Assembly: GCA_907165135.1 (NCBI GenBank)
Contig: OU015566.1
Location: 11,346,001-11,410,000, forward strand
Direction: 5' to 3'
Source: Oikopleura dioica
Taxonomy: Eukaryota > Animalia > Chordata
Length of the DNA: 64,000 nucleotides
Positions 25,755 through 37,923 of the stretch are shown in pieces. Numbering within the stretch: the stretch's first letter is position 1; each line of letters begins with the position of its first letter. The translations under genes were made by a program, and so were the position numbers. Under the pieces are notes generated by a model, which worked only from the letters and a program-made list of their open reading frames with translations, was not told the DNA's origin and did no database searches.

Positions 25755-28700
25755 ATGAAAATTTTTCAAGGGCTTTTAGCCTACGCGCTTGGCAGAACAG
25801 TCGAAGACGTATCAGTCACGAAAGATTTGGGAAATGATATTCGAATCACCAAAGAAACAGTAAGTTTGATTTAATATCTATTATATAATTTTTCCTCTCA
25901 ATTTTTCGGAGCTAAGTTCAGGGCGTAATAGAGCTTTAGAAAATCTCTAAAACGTTTATCTGAGATTAATTATCTCTAGGCCGAAGCACTCGAGTTACAG
26001 GGCATGGATATCACCGGCTGGAAAATCGTCGGCAACAAAGATCTCGATAAGAAGCTAAAGAACAGCGCCAAAGATGCTCAAACTCGAGGCTTAGGGTCTG
26101 TTTACGGTATGTGGCAGCCCATAGAAGACGGGGGAAAAGTAATGGTTCCATTCACCGTCCACAGTTCCTACTCACATCGAACCGAGCAAATCAAAGAAGC
26201 GATGGCCGAACTTCAAGATGTACTTGGCTGCTTTGAGGTTCCATACGTAGAGAATCCGCTGTCGGACGTTTATGGACAAGGAATCGTCTTTGTCGCTGAT
26301 GGCTCGTGCTACTCACTTCTTGGCCGAGGACCTGGATTCCACAATGGCATGCAAGGGGCAACATCAATTTCTGACGTAAACAGAACTATCTATATCGAGT
26401 TCGTGAAGATCATAATATTTATTTTCTTACATTACTGGAAATGAAAAAAATATTAAGCTCGGTGTACCAAATGGATGGCAAGCTATTGCCCTCGATGACG
26501 GCTGCAATCTTGCTTCTAATCCATCGACAGTTCAGCACGAGGTGCTTCACGCACTTGGAGTTTTCCACGAACACTCAAGACCAGATAGAGATAGCTACAT
26601 CGACTATTGGGAAGACCGAACATCAGCCCCAGGTAAGAGTATTATTTCTTATCTTTATAATTCATTATTTAGGCTCCTGGAGCAAATATCCAACAAGTAA
26701 CTGGCATAGCATGGGCTCAATCTACGAGCCTCGATCTGTCATGTCCTACGGCTCGTATGCTACATCTACTACCAGTGGCGTTCCGGTCGCGCTCCTGAAG
26801 GATGGCGGCCAAATCTTTGATGGCGAAAGAATCACAACCGAAGATGCGCTCCAAGTACAATGGATGTATTGCAAAGAGCAGCCGTCGAAATTCCCTGGAT
26901 ACGAATATACTGAGACTGCCACATGCACATCTCAAGACGAAGTAGGAGCGACGAGAAAAGTCTTTACGTCTCGATTGTGCGATGGCATAAGTGATTGCCC
27001 GAACGGAGAGGATGAAGGAGATCTCGCAGTTTGCAAAGAAATCGCTCCAAGAACCCCAAATGGTTGCTGTGGCGCCATTGTGAGAGGCGGGCAGACCTGC
27101 ACCCATAATCCCGACTACTCGTACGGCGACAGAGAAACTTTTGCTTGCGAAGATGGCACCGGAGTAATGTTTGTTCCGTGGGCATCAAACCGATGGCTGC
27201 ACGTCGTTGCCGCGACATATCCTATTGAAGGATCGGTCTCCTGGATGAGCTCAATCGCTGACACTGGAATTTGCCCTCCGACGACCTGGGCTGCATGCGC
27301 TGTAAATGGATACGATGCTACAGACAATTGCGAAACAAACGATTGTGACCCTAACGCGACCTGCACAAGCGGATTTGAGAGCTATACATGCGAATGCAAC
27401 GAAAATTACACCGGGGACGGAAATACCTGCACTTTCATCCCTGAGGTCAACGAATGCGCTGACGGAAGCCATCAATGTGACGAGAATGCCTCTTGTAGTG
27501 ATCTTCGTGACGGATACACGTGCAGTTGCAACGCTGGCTGGAAAGATTCAGGGCTTCAACCGATCAATGGTAGAGACTGCGTTGAAGAGGCTGCCTGTTG
27601 CGATGCTGTCCAGTATGATTTAAGTTTTATAATTTGAAAACTTACTTTTGTTTCATAGATTTTCATTTCCATACGAACAGCTTTGTACAATTGACGGAAC
27701 CTTCGACGGCAAAAAGAGATGGAGCTGCACTGGCGCACACAAGTTGTTTGAAGTTAAATACCACAGTGGTACTTCAACATTCTACTTGTTCGAACTAGGC
27801 ACATGGACCTATCACGCAGTTTTGGCAGCTGATCCGGATTTCTGTTTTGCAGAATCTGATAGCGACTACACTTGCTTGGAGTATGAGGGCGGATCTGTAG
27901 TGACATCATCAACAACGACGACGACAACCACAACAACAAGCACAACTACTACTACAACGACCTCCACTACGACAACATCAACCACGACAACGACAACAAC
28001 TACAACCACCACCACAACAACCACTACAACAATAACTTCTACAACAACAACTTCTTCAACAACCACAACCACCACTACAACATCGACTACAACAACCACA
28101 ACCACCACTACAACATCGACTACAACAACAACTTCTGCGACAACTACAACCACCACTACAACATCGACTAAAACGACTTCTACGACAACAACGACAACAA
28201 CAATTTCGACGACAACTACAACCACCACTACAACAACTACTTCTACAACAACTTCTACAACTACAACGTCCACTACAACAACATCCACAATAACATCAAC
28301 AACTACGACTTCAACAACAACTACGACCACTACTACAACTACCACCTCTACTACCACCACGACATCAGCTACAACAACAACAACGACAACAACAACCTCA
28401 ACAACGACATCGACGACATCATCAACACCTGCTGAGATATGTTCTACTAGTTCCATTCCCGCCGACCTCATAAGCCCTGGAAAATTTGAATGGGATTGTA
28501 AAGAGAAGTCTAAATATCATGAGTGCAAGGTGATATGTGAGGGACAATCTAAACCGGATAAAAAATTCGTGATCCGCTGCACTAAAAACAATAGCGTTTG
28601 GTCTGTTCATAAAGGCTCAGTTCCAAGCTGTGCTCCTCCGCCTCCAAGAGCTGGATGTGAAGAGTCGTTGATCGGTGAAGACTTAACGTCCCCTGGTGGA

Positions 28701-29084
28701 AACACGTGGACTTGCGTAGAAGGCAAGAAGGATAAAAAATGCACGGCAGTTTGCGATGACGGAAGCTCGAGTGAAAATTTCGAAGTCAAGTGCAAATATT
28801 CCAAAAATGGTGACTCAAAGTGGTCAAAATCCAACAAAAAATCCAGTCCACCTCTATGCGGTGCCGAAGGACCTAAAATCTGCCACGAAGATGACATCGA
28901 CCCAGATTTAATTCCGGAAGGCTCAGTTGTTTGGGAATGCAAGGCAAACTCAAAACAAAATGTCTGCAAAGCAAGTTGCTCCAACGGAGCCGATGCTGAT
29001 AAGACATACAGCGTAAAGTGTCAGAACAAAAAGAACACTTGGAAAGTCGAAAAGAAGAAAATGACGATTCTTAACTGTTTATAA
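25755..29084 (+). CDS. Secreted astacin (M12A) metalloprotease with LDLa, 2 EGF, Thr-rich mucin stalk and three Cys/Lys-rich CCP-like repeats
   Basis: Signal peptide MKIFQGLLAYALG, zinc motif HEVLHALGVFHEHSRPDRD, Met-turn SVMSY, LDLa CDGISDCPNGEDE, and EGFs CDPNATC and VNECADGSHQCDENASC. Confidence 0.9.
27900..28428 (+). repeat. Coding low-complexity (ACN)n Thr/Ser repeat (~175 codons, mucin-like stalk)
   Basis: Imperfect ACA/ACT/ACC/ACG codon run translating to TTTTS tracts. Confidence 0.95.
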
Positions 29085-29478
29085 AACGCTTGGAAGAAGT
29101 GTCTATCATTTTGATCTGGTTTATTTTTTATTCGTTTCTCAATAAATGCGTGTATTAGCGCTTTTCATAATCGTTTTTAATTTTTTAATGCAGGAAGTGT
29201 TTTGGCTCTAGCGCTTGTGACACTCAGCTTCGAGGATTTGTAGAATTATCGATCAATGCTCTTATTGAGTAGCTGAATGAACAGTAGTTTTTTGATGATT
29301 TGTTCGAGAGAATTCCATGCTAATAAATATTTATCAGAGGTTATACCGCAATAAATAAGCGCGTTTATTTTGAGCGTGATTTTTTGTATTTCTTCGTTTA
29401 TTGACAATAACTTATTCTTCAAAATGTATAAAAAGAAACATGTAGAAAAATGCAGTGCAGTCTTCACTGCGGTAATCT

Positions 29479-29730
29479 TCATTCCTCGGAGAGTAACTCG
29501 CCTCGCTTTCTTTCAGATTTCTCCATGTATTTCCCAAAAGCTGATGAGAGTCGTTTCAAATCGTTTCTGTCGAGAATCATGTTGTGTTTCCAGCAAGTAT
29601 GGACGTAGTAATCCAGTTTTTTATCAAGCAACGAAAGGAGCTTCGACCATCTTTCGGAGCAGCAAACGGAGCTAGCCAAGAGCGCTAGAATCACGAAAAA
29701 GACGTTTTGTAAAAATCTCTTGATGTTCAT
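29479..29730 (-). CDS. Small orphan secreted protein (83 aa)
   Basis: ATG follows tttcag|aaa. It has a signal-like MNIKRFLQNVFFVILALLASSVCC and an RKR near the C-terminus. Confidence 0.5.
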   Translation of the reverse strand: MNIKRFLQNVFFVILALLASSVCCSERWSKLLSLLDKKLDYYVHTCWKHNMILDRNDLKRLSSAFGKYMEKSERKRGELLSEE

Positions 29731-30312
29731 TTTCTGAAACTATTTCTTTTTTCAACTAAAGTGGACAGGCAACTAAGCCGATTTTATACTGCTGCCCTCT
29801 CTTTGCCAATTCTATTAAATTTAAAATGAATACAACATTTGGCGGAATTAATGCATTCCCAGATACACGGCCTCAATGGGCACGCACACGATAACATGCA
29901 TGCACGATCTGGCGGTCGGTTTAGTTCGACTATTTCTTTGCGGCGAATTGGATGCAAAAGTGGAATAAAATAAATTCGAGTTTGGACTCGTCTCGTGGTT
30001 TGGAAGTGACCTTATTCGAAATTTAATGCACTCAAGTCCAGCCTTTTTCACATCATATTACTTAATTACTTTATAGCTTTTGAACAAGATAAAGAAGGGC
30101 ATTACAGTTTGAAATTCTAACTTTGAATTGCAGACTGTGATCGAATGCGGCTCCGAAAGGGAGTTTTCCAGCAGAAGAAGTCCTCCGGCGAAAAGAGTCC
30201 TCCGGCTAATTTACGGCGCTCGGCAATTTTCGGGGAGTACGAGAAGCCCAAGAAAATGAAATGTAAGAAACGAAAAGAACGATCTGGGAACTAAGGATTT
30301 CGGAAAAAGAAG

Positions 30313-33300
30313 ATGGAGGACCTAATTCAGCTTTCAAATGTATGGTAAAAATATTCTTTTCAACATCGTATCATTTTCACACTAATCGTCTTGTCTTTTT
30401 TGTTAGATTCAGCACTACTTTTTTATTGCTTCATTAAATTGCTTGATGAATTGAGCAAATGACAGTGACTCACTCATCATATCGTACTCTGAGAACAAAC
30501 TGAATGATTATTTATCGGAAACGTCATCAAAATGTTCACTTTTAATTTTCCCTTGAAGGAGAATGAGCAAATATTCACGCAAGAGGATATCTTGGCCATA
30601 TTCGACCCAATTTCATCCTCAGAATCGTCATCTTCGGCCGTCTCAACTCCACAGCTTTCTTCCAACAGTTCAAGGCAAAGTTCTAGTCAGCTATCCGTCT
30701 TCAATCAACCGGGTCAGCGAAATCGACCGCCTAGTGATCTAATCCTTCGACCTGCCCGAGAAGACGATATTTCTCTTCCGACACCCCCTTATGTTCCTCC
30801 AATAAATGATTTAGCCAGGGGCTTGAAATTTAGTTCTAGCAACGAAGTTATCAAGTATTTTTGATACATTATAATGAGTAAGCCCTCGCTTAGTCCCTCC
30901 TATTCCAACGCGAACGCAATCAACTTTCGTACGCCCTCAAAATGTTCCCAAGCCACCGAGACGAAGACAAAGTCTTGGCCCAGCAGTAAGGATGAGAAAC
31001 ACCAGTCAAACGATCGAGAGAAGAAATAGGATAAGCTCAGATAGAGCCAGTAGCGTTTATTCAAGGTAGGAGAGACAAGTTGATAATCTCTCTTGAGAAA
31101 CTAATTTGAAGAGAATTCAACTTTTTTCAAGGAAATCTGAAATGCAAGAGCCCGATTCTCCCGCTTCTGCGCTCGCTTTCAAAGTCTACTGGTTACGAAA
31201 CTCGGAGAAATACAGATGGACGAATTCGGAAACGAATCGTGGAATCGTTTATGCGCGGGAGAACTCAAGAATCAGCCACGCGACGGAAATCAAGATTGAA
31301 CCATCGTTGATTACTGATGAAAAGCTGCAAGCATTTACGACAGATATAAGAAGATCTGTGGCTGAACTGATCTTCGACGTGAATGGGAAGCTCAGAGATG
31401 CTCAATCAGACCTGTACAATAAAAACTTCTATTTGCAAGGTGAGTTTGTTTGGGAATTTATTCAGTTGAGTTTTTGAGAGACAAATAATAATAATTTTCG
31501 GAAGCATGCAAATTTGGAAAACAAGAATTTACTGAGTTACAGGGTGTAAAAATATTCGATTTTTCGTTAATTATTCTTTCTTTTCGACAGTCTTTTCCGG
31601 CATCTTTTTCTTATCGTTTTCTTTCTCCATCGTTTTTGGAGAAGATTTCTCGGTAGCTGGTTCTTCCTCAGAGATTTCTTCCTTCTTGGCCTTTTCTTTG
31701 GCTTTTTCGGCCTTTTCTTTTTGTTCCTTCAAGAACTCCTTGATAGGTCGGAATGGTTTCCTGGGCGCTTTTTCTTTTGGCTTTTCTTGCTCTTTAGCCC
31801 GCGCTTCTTTTTCTGCCTTGAGCTGCGCTTCTGAAAAGGGTTTCAGACGGCCAAAGGGTCGTTTTGTTTACCTGTTGGAAAATTAAGCAAATGAAAATCG
31901 AAGTTCATGTAAGTTCTATCTTGCTTGTTTCTCTGCTTGTTGGTCATTTGCGCTCGATCTCTCGGCGGTTGAGGTTGCCAATCGGGATGTTTCGGGTATC
32001 CAGGCTTGGGGTAGATGCTAGCGAGGTAGAAGATCATGTTCGAATTTTTCGCTTTTTGGGAATGTATTTATTCAATATTTCTTTCGATTTTAAGTAAGTC
32101 ACTAACTGTTAGTGAAAATAGATCCCCTTCCTAGCACCGCGAGTTTATGTGCCTCAAAGATCTTTTCTTTCTTCGCTGGTTCACCGACGTAATCCCGAAC
32201 AGCCTTAGCGAGAGCATCCTTGTGCCAGTCCAAGTTTGTCTCATGCCAAGCTCGGACTTGCTCGCGAGAAGGTCGGAATTGCGGAAATGAGTACCAGTTA
32301 TTGTTGCTCATCGTTAAAAATCGGCGATTTGCTATTTTCGAGAAATGCGATGACTTCAGAGAATAAACAGCTTATATAGTCGGCTCGGATAAGTCACGAA
32401 ATTTTATGAAGGAACGAAGATTTAGTCGAATGAGAGAGAGAAATAGCGAATGGAAGTGATCATAGTTGATATTTTTTGCGTATTCAGTGGTTTCAGAAAC
32501 GATTTGGGCCCCAAATTTTGGGGGGAGGGGGTAATTTTTTGTGTTTATCGGGCGCTAGAATTACTAAAAATCATTAGTCGCTGCAACGAAAGAAATTCTC
32601 CACAAAGAAAGTCGTCTAAATCGCCTTCAAGTCGTCCGTGAAATGCTCAAAGTTCAAAGTCCACTGAAGCTCAAAGTAATATCCGAATATTCCCTCGACA
32701 CTTCCCTCATCCGGACTGCTGCTGACGATGCCTTCTGTGACTCCCCGCCTATTGAAATTACACACAAACTCAACACACAAAATGACCTTGCGAAAATGGC
32801 CGAAATCGAAAAGCTAGTTGCTCTTTGCATGGGCGAATGCGAGAAATTACAGAATTGTTCGATCACCAGCACAGAGCGTCATTTACATCTGATTCATGTT
32901 CAACAAGCAGTAAAAGCACTCATCATTCAACTGAACGAAGTTGAGATTTTCCCCATTTCTAACGCTTCTATTAGACTGGCCGCAGCTGTAAATAATTCTA
33001 GCGGCCCAGAAGATGTGAAGCTTTCCATAGACAAGGTTATCAAAACATCCTTCTTTAACCTTTTATCTTCAATTTCAGCTTCGAGCAGCAATAAACGATT
33101 TAGTCCACCTCTACAAAATCTCCTGGACGGATCTCGAACACAACATACCCCACCAGTGCGACCCGTCTAACGAAGTCCACGATCCCCTTTCTCTTCAAGT
33201 CATCAGTCTTCATCAAGTTCCAGAAAACTACCTTCATTCTTTAAAAATCGAATATCTTTGGATTGCAGTATCTATCATTCGGGGCGATCGTGCTTCTTGC

Positions 33301-36300
33301 TGTAGAAAAAGTCATACAGGTACCTTGATTTTCTCATCCTTATTTCTCACAATCTCTTTAGGAAGATCGCGTGTAAAAAGAAGCCTCTTTCCCCGAGTTC
33401 TTTGGGACCAGCAGCTCACCCTCAACTTTTCCATTTCCCAACTTCCACTTGACGCAACTCTTTTCATCGAACTTTATGGCACCGAAACTGTCAAAACGTC
33501 CAAAGAAACGCCCATCGAACGAGAACACGAACTATCATCTGCCAAAATCCCTCTTTTTGACTTCAAACGACGCCTCTTGAAGGGCGAGAGCCTATTTCGT
33601 CTAGAAAAACTCCACGAAAAATACCCCGAGCCTATAATTTACATTGAGCTTCCCTACCACTGTATTCAATTTCCGGAAATCGCAATTAGTTCGCCAGCAA
33701 GCAATCCGAAGGAATCGCCGGATTGGCCTCTTGCGTTGAAATTATTGCAGTCAACTTATGAAAAGAAGAATTTAACGGATTTAGAGAGGCAGTTGATTTG
33801 GAGAAATCGGTCAAATGCGATGCGAGATTTGCCGGAGGCTCTTCCTTTTATTCTCAGATGGTATGTAAAGAATCTTATGTAAGAAAACTGGGTTATGCAT
33901 AATTTCACCTCAAAATTTATTGTGTGTTGTCAGAAAGAAGGCTATCGAATATTTGCTTGTTTATGGTTGAGCTTCATTTTATCAAAAGAATGATTTTTTC
34001 ATTTTTTAAGCGTTTCCTACCCGTACCTTATTTTAACCATCTTCGGCCATCTAGTGGCAAAGAGTAACAAGAACTTCCGTTTACTTTAAATCAATAGAAG
34101 ATCAATGATCGATCTGAAACTGATTTTTCAACCGATTCAATTTCAGTGTCGATAATTGGAATGCTGAGACATTATCTGAAGTTTCCGGCCTCCTCTCCAG
34201 CTGGCCAACAATCAAGCCTCTCATTGCCCTTTCCCTTCTCACGAAAGAGTTCATGTCCGTGCAGTTCGTCCGTGATTTCGCTATCAAATGTCTCAAACGT
34301 GCTAACGAAAGCGTTCTCCTGTCAGTCCTCACGCAGCTTGTTTCCCTATTGCAGTACGAAAAAACTCAAGACAGCGTTTTGGCCGTGTTTCTTCTCGAGC
34401 GCGCTTGGAACTCAATTAGAATCACTTTCCACCTCCATGCAGCGTTGATAACAGCTGCCGATCACACTGCAGCGCCGATTTTCTATGTGATGCAAGATCT
34501 TCTAGAGTGGTCCTCAGGCGCTGCGTTGAAAGCAGAATTGACGAAGACGCAGAAGATTTTGAACATTATTAACTTTAATGCATTGAGAATCAAAGACGAC
34601 CGATCCAACTATCTACAGCATTTTGAGTCCCTTTGGAATTCGATCGCTGAGTTAAGCCCCTTTCGCCTCGCTGAATTTCCAACAGTAGAATTTGTCAATA
34701 TTGTCATAAGCAAATCGAAGCCATTTTCATCATTTACTGCGCCCTTATTATTGACCTTAGAAGCGAAAAACGGAGAACGGTATTCGTCAATTTATAAAAA
34801 TGGCGATGATCTGCGACAGGATCAACTTGTTACGTCTCTCTTTCATATGATGGAAAATTTCTGGCTTTCTCAAGGACTTGATTTGAGAATGCTCGGCTAC
34901 TCTGTTTATCCAACCGCCAAGAATTGTGGATTCATTGAAATTGTTCAAAATTCTGTCACTCTCAGGTAAAAAACCTTTGTTCTTTCCGATTCTAGCGTTA
35001 CTTCAGACAGGTTCAAGTTGGCAATAACCAGAAAGAAAGATGCCTGCATGACTGGCTTGCTGGTCAAAGAAACAATAAATTTGAACTCATCGACAATTTC
35101 TCCCGATCATGCGCTGCATATTCCGTCGCGACTTATATTCTCGGCCTTGGGGATCGACACAATGACAACATCATGATCACTCGCCGAGGGCACATGTTCC
35201 ACATTGATTTCAACAAAGCATTCGGTCATTATCAGAAAATCGGAGGCGTGATCAACCGAGATCGAGCCCCATTTGTCCTTTCCGATGACATGGTTCTCGT
35301 TATCAACCACGGAGCGACGATGGAAACAGGTCGCAAGTTCCCTGCTTTTGTCCAGCAATGCGCAGAGGCTTACAACATCGCTAGACATCATTGGCGAGAA
35401 ATCATCTCAATGATCATGGTTTCTGCGCCAATGAATATGACAGCGCTAAAAGAGGGAGGAAATGAAGTACAAGTCGTGTTCGAAAACCTCTCCCCGACAA
35501 TTGGTTAGTTCACCTTAATATTTGATTGATTTATTAAACAGATATGACAGAGGATTCTACCGATTTTGCATTATGCAAAAGTTAACGCGTTTTTGAGTTC
35601 ATTTTGAAAATAATTCGCGCCAAGAGTCTTTGAAAAATTTAAGTGCACGAGATAACAAGCATTTCCCTAGACGACATTGCCGCACAAGAAATGTTCTTCA
35701 ACCGCGTCAAGAAATCGTACACGTCGTTTTCCACTCGTCTCAATTTCTTCATGCATACGTTCGCTCAGCTTTTCCAAACAGGTGGCTGGGATGGAGTTGA
35801 ACCTCTGCCCGACCCGGTCAAATACACTGTCCAAGAAGTAGGGCGCCCGATAGACTTTGAAATTGAAGGCTTCGAGATGAAATTCCGCAATACAGACAAA
35901 TTTTATTCTTATCGCCTAAGAGTGCGCTGGCCAAATCGAACAAGTTTCATTTTACGCTCCTGGATTGAATTCACTCAAATTCGATCAGTAATCGAAAAGT
36001 TTCAAATCGAACGCGGAGGAGAGCCAGTCCCGCCTCTTGGGAAGCTAGAGCTGAGTACAAGAGGTGATAAGGACTCAGTGGCGATAGCAAGAAAATCAGC
36101 AATTTTCGACTTTCTACAGTTTGCCAATGCCGAGGCACAGGTTCGAGATCATCCAGCAACGATCACCTTTTTGTACGAAGATGAAAAGCGGCCACCTCCG
36201 GTCACAAAATCCAACAGCATTCCCACTGGAAGCAGACAAGGCTACATAAATATAAACATGTTCTTCGAGAAAGATAACTACCTGAAAATTTTGGTGAAAA

Positions 36301-36654
36301 ACTGCTTCGACCTTCCATCGAGCGAAGGAAGAGCACCGGAGAGCTATGTCAAGGTGTATATTCGCGATGAAAGTGGAAATAACATAAAAAGTACGAAGCA
36401 AAAAACGACTACGGAGTACTCGCACAATCCCGTTTTCAACAAAGTCTTTCGTAAGTCGAGAAATTTCGGCTTCGAAATATTTATCAAACATTTTAGATTA
36501 CGATTTAGAAGACATCCCGTCTTTTTTGGAAAAAGATATTGAAATTTCGGTGTGGAATTACTCTGGAATTTCCGCCTCGAATTTCATGATTGGCCGCGTA
36601 ATTCTTCCTCTCAAGCAGGTCAAGGAAGGATATCTTGAGCTTCTCTCGCCCTAA
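30313..36654 (+). CDS. PIK3C2: Class II phosphoinositide 3-kinase (RBD, C2, helical, kinase, PX, C2)
   Basis: YKNGDDLRQDQL, YILGLGDRHNDNIM, HMFHIDF and RDRAPFVL are followed by a PX domain (YSYRLRVRW...RSWIEF) and a C-terminal C2 (SYVKVY...NPVFN), which is diagnostic of class II. Confidence 0.93.
31571..32311 (-). CDS. Nested antisense 3-exon orphan gene (~206 aa, Lys/Glu-rich C-terminus) inside the PI3K intron 31440-32577
   Basis: Exons 32311-32131, 32051-31872 and 31830-31571 are joined in frame by a GA-AG (79 nt) and a GT-AG (41 nt) intron: MSNNNWYSFPQF...FPTEAQLKAEKEARAKEQEK...VEKKE*. Confidence 0.72.
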
Positions 36655-36857
36655 GAATCAAAAAATGCACTTATTTCTTTGTATATTGTTCAGTTTTCAA
36701 TTCTTCTAACTTTTTTTTCTGATGCACAAAAAGCTCCATGATTCTCTCATTCTAATTGCTGCCCTATTCCCTTCTATTTATTCTAACGCTTCAAATAAAA
36801 CTTATTTAAAAGAATCAAGTTTATTAATTTACAGGAAAACAAAGAAAAATACAGTTT

Positions 36858-37923
36858 TCAGCAGGTGCCTTCAGGAAGAGCTTCAGTTCCAGAACAGCAT
36901 TGATTTTCTCGTCTTGGCTTGTTGAATGGGAAAGTGGAAGTTGTTCCGCAACACTCGACGAAAGGAACTGATGGGCCGACGGGTCGGTGACAGTGGTCTT
37001 CTCGGACAAAGCCGCCTAGAATTTGTTTCTTGGTCTGTTTGCGTGAAAATCATTTTTTTACCTTTGAACTCATGAAGTGCTGGATTCCACTCATTTTCAT
37101 GCTTCGCCAAATTCTTGGCCAAAGCTTTGTCACACTCGCAAATGGCTCTTCTACAGGTTCCTGGTGGATTTGTACAGACGATGTCTCGATCGGGGTCTTC
37201 TGCAGCTCCAATGAGATCGAATCGGTAGCTAGAAAGTAATTGTTACTCTTGAATTTCGATCTGATCTTTTTACCCAAGCAATTCTCCTGAGCATTTGTCC
37301 ACTTGGCCACCAGCCCAGGTTTTTTCGGGCTTCATTTCTTCGAATTCAGAAACAAGACATCTGTAACAATTTCTCAAAAAACAACTCTCGTTTAGCTGAA
37401 ACTTGAGTTCGGGAAAGTGAGAGTTTTGGTAAATGTATGTTAACTATTGAGAAACTTTCCTGTAGCATTGCTTAAAATCAAAACAGGCCTTGTCAACCGA
37501 GTCCTGTGGCTTTCCATATCCTCCCGACGCGATATTGTGACTTCCTTCGGGCAAGCAGTAGCATCCATAGAAGCAGTATCTTCCAAACTTCTTCGAGTTC
37601 TGGAGCCAGAGGACAAGAATCTTCATCTGTCTGAATTTTCGCTCTTCCTCAAGATTCATGTCCATTCGAGTGTCGCCGCCCATGAGATTTCTGATCATTT
37701 CGTCGATCTCGTCGAAAGTGCCCCCAGTGATCTGGTCCAAAATTGCTGTCAGCTCATCTGGGGATTCTTCACCAGTGAAAGCATATGTGATTTCTCGAGT
37801 TGCTCTAGAATTATTTTTAACCTCTTGTGCCTGCATGAACAACAAATTTGCAAACGAGCAATCTTACCTTTGCAATCTGGAGGCACTGGCCAATGAAGCG
37901 GTCAAAAAGTTGAAGATTTTCAT
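36858..37923 (-). CDS. Secreted phospholipase A2-like protein lacking the catalytic His-Asp
   Basis: Signal peptide, then YGCYC...GYGKPQDSVDKACFDFKQCYRC and CRRAICECDK; five exons. Confidence 0.85.

Noticed and set aside
27866-28471. Val-rich 201-aa antisense ORF
   Set aside because: It is the mirror of the Thr (ACN) codon repeat.
33240-33320. Suspected frameshift in the PI3K C2 domain (alternative frame reads DCSIYHSG)
   Set aside because: The main frame is open and splices in phase into the next exon.
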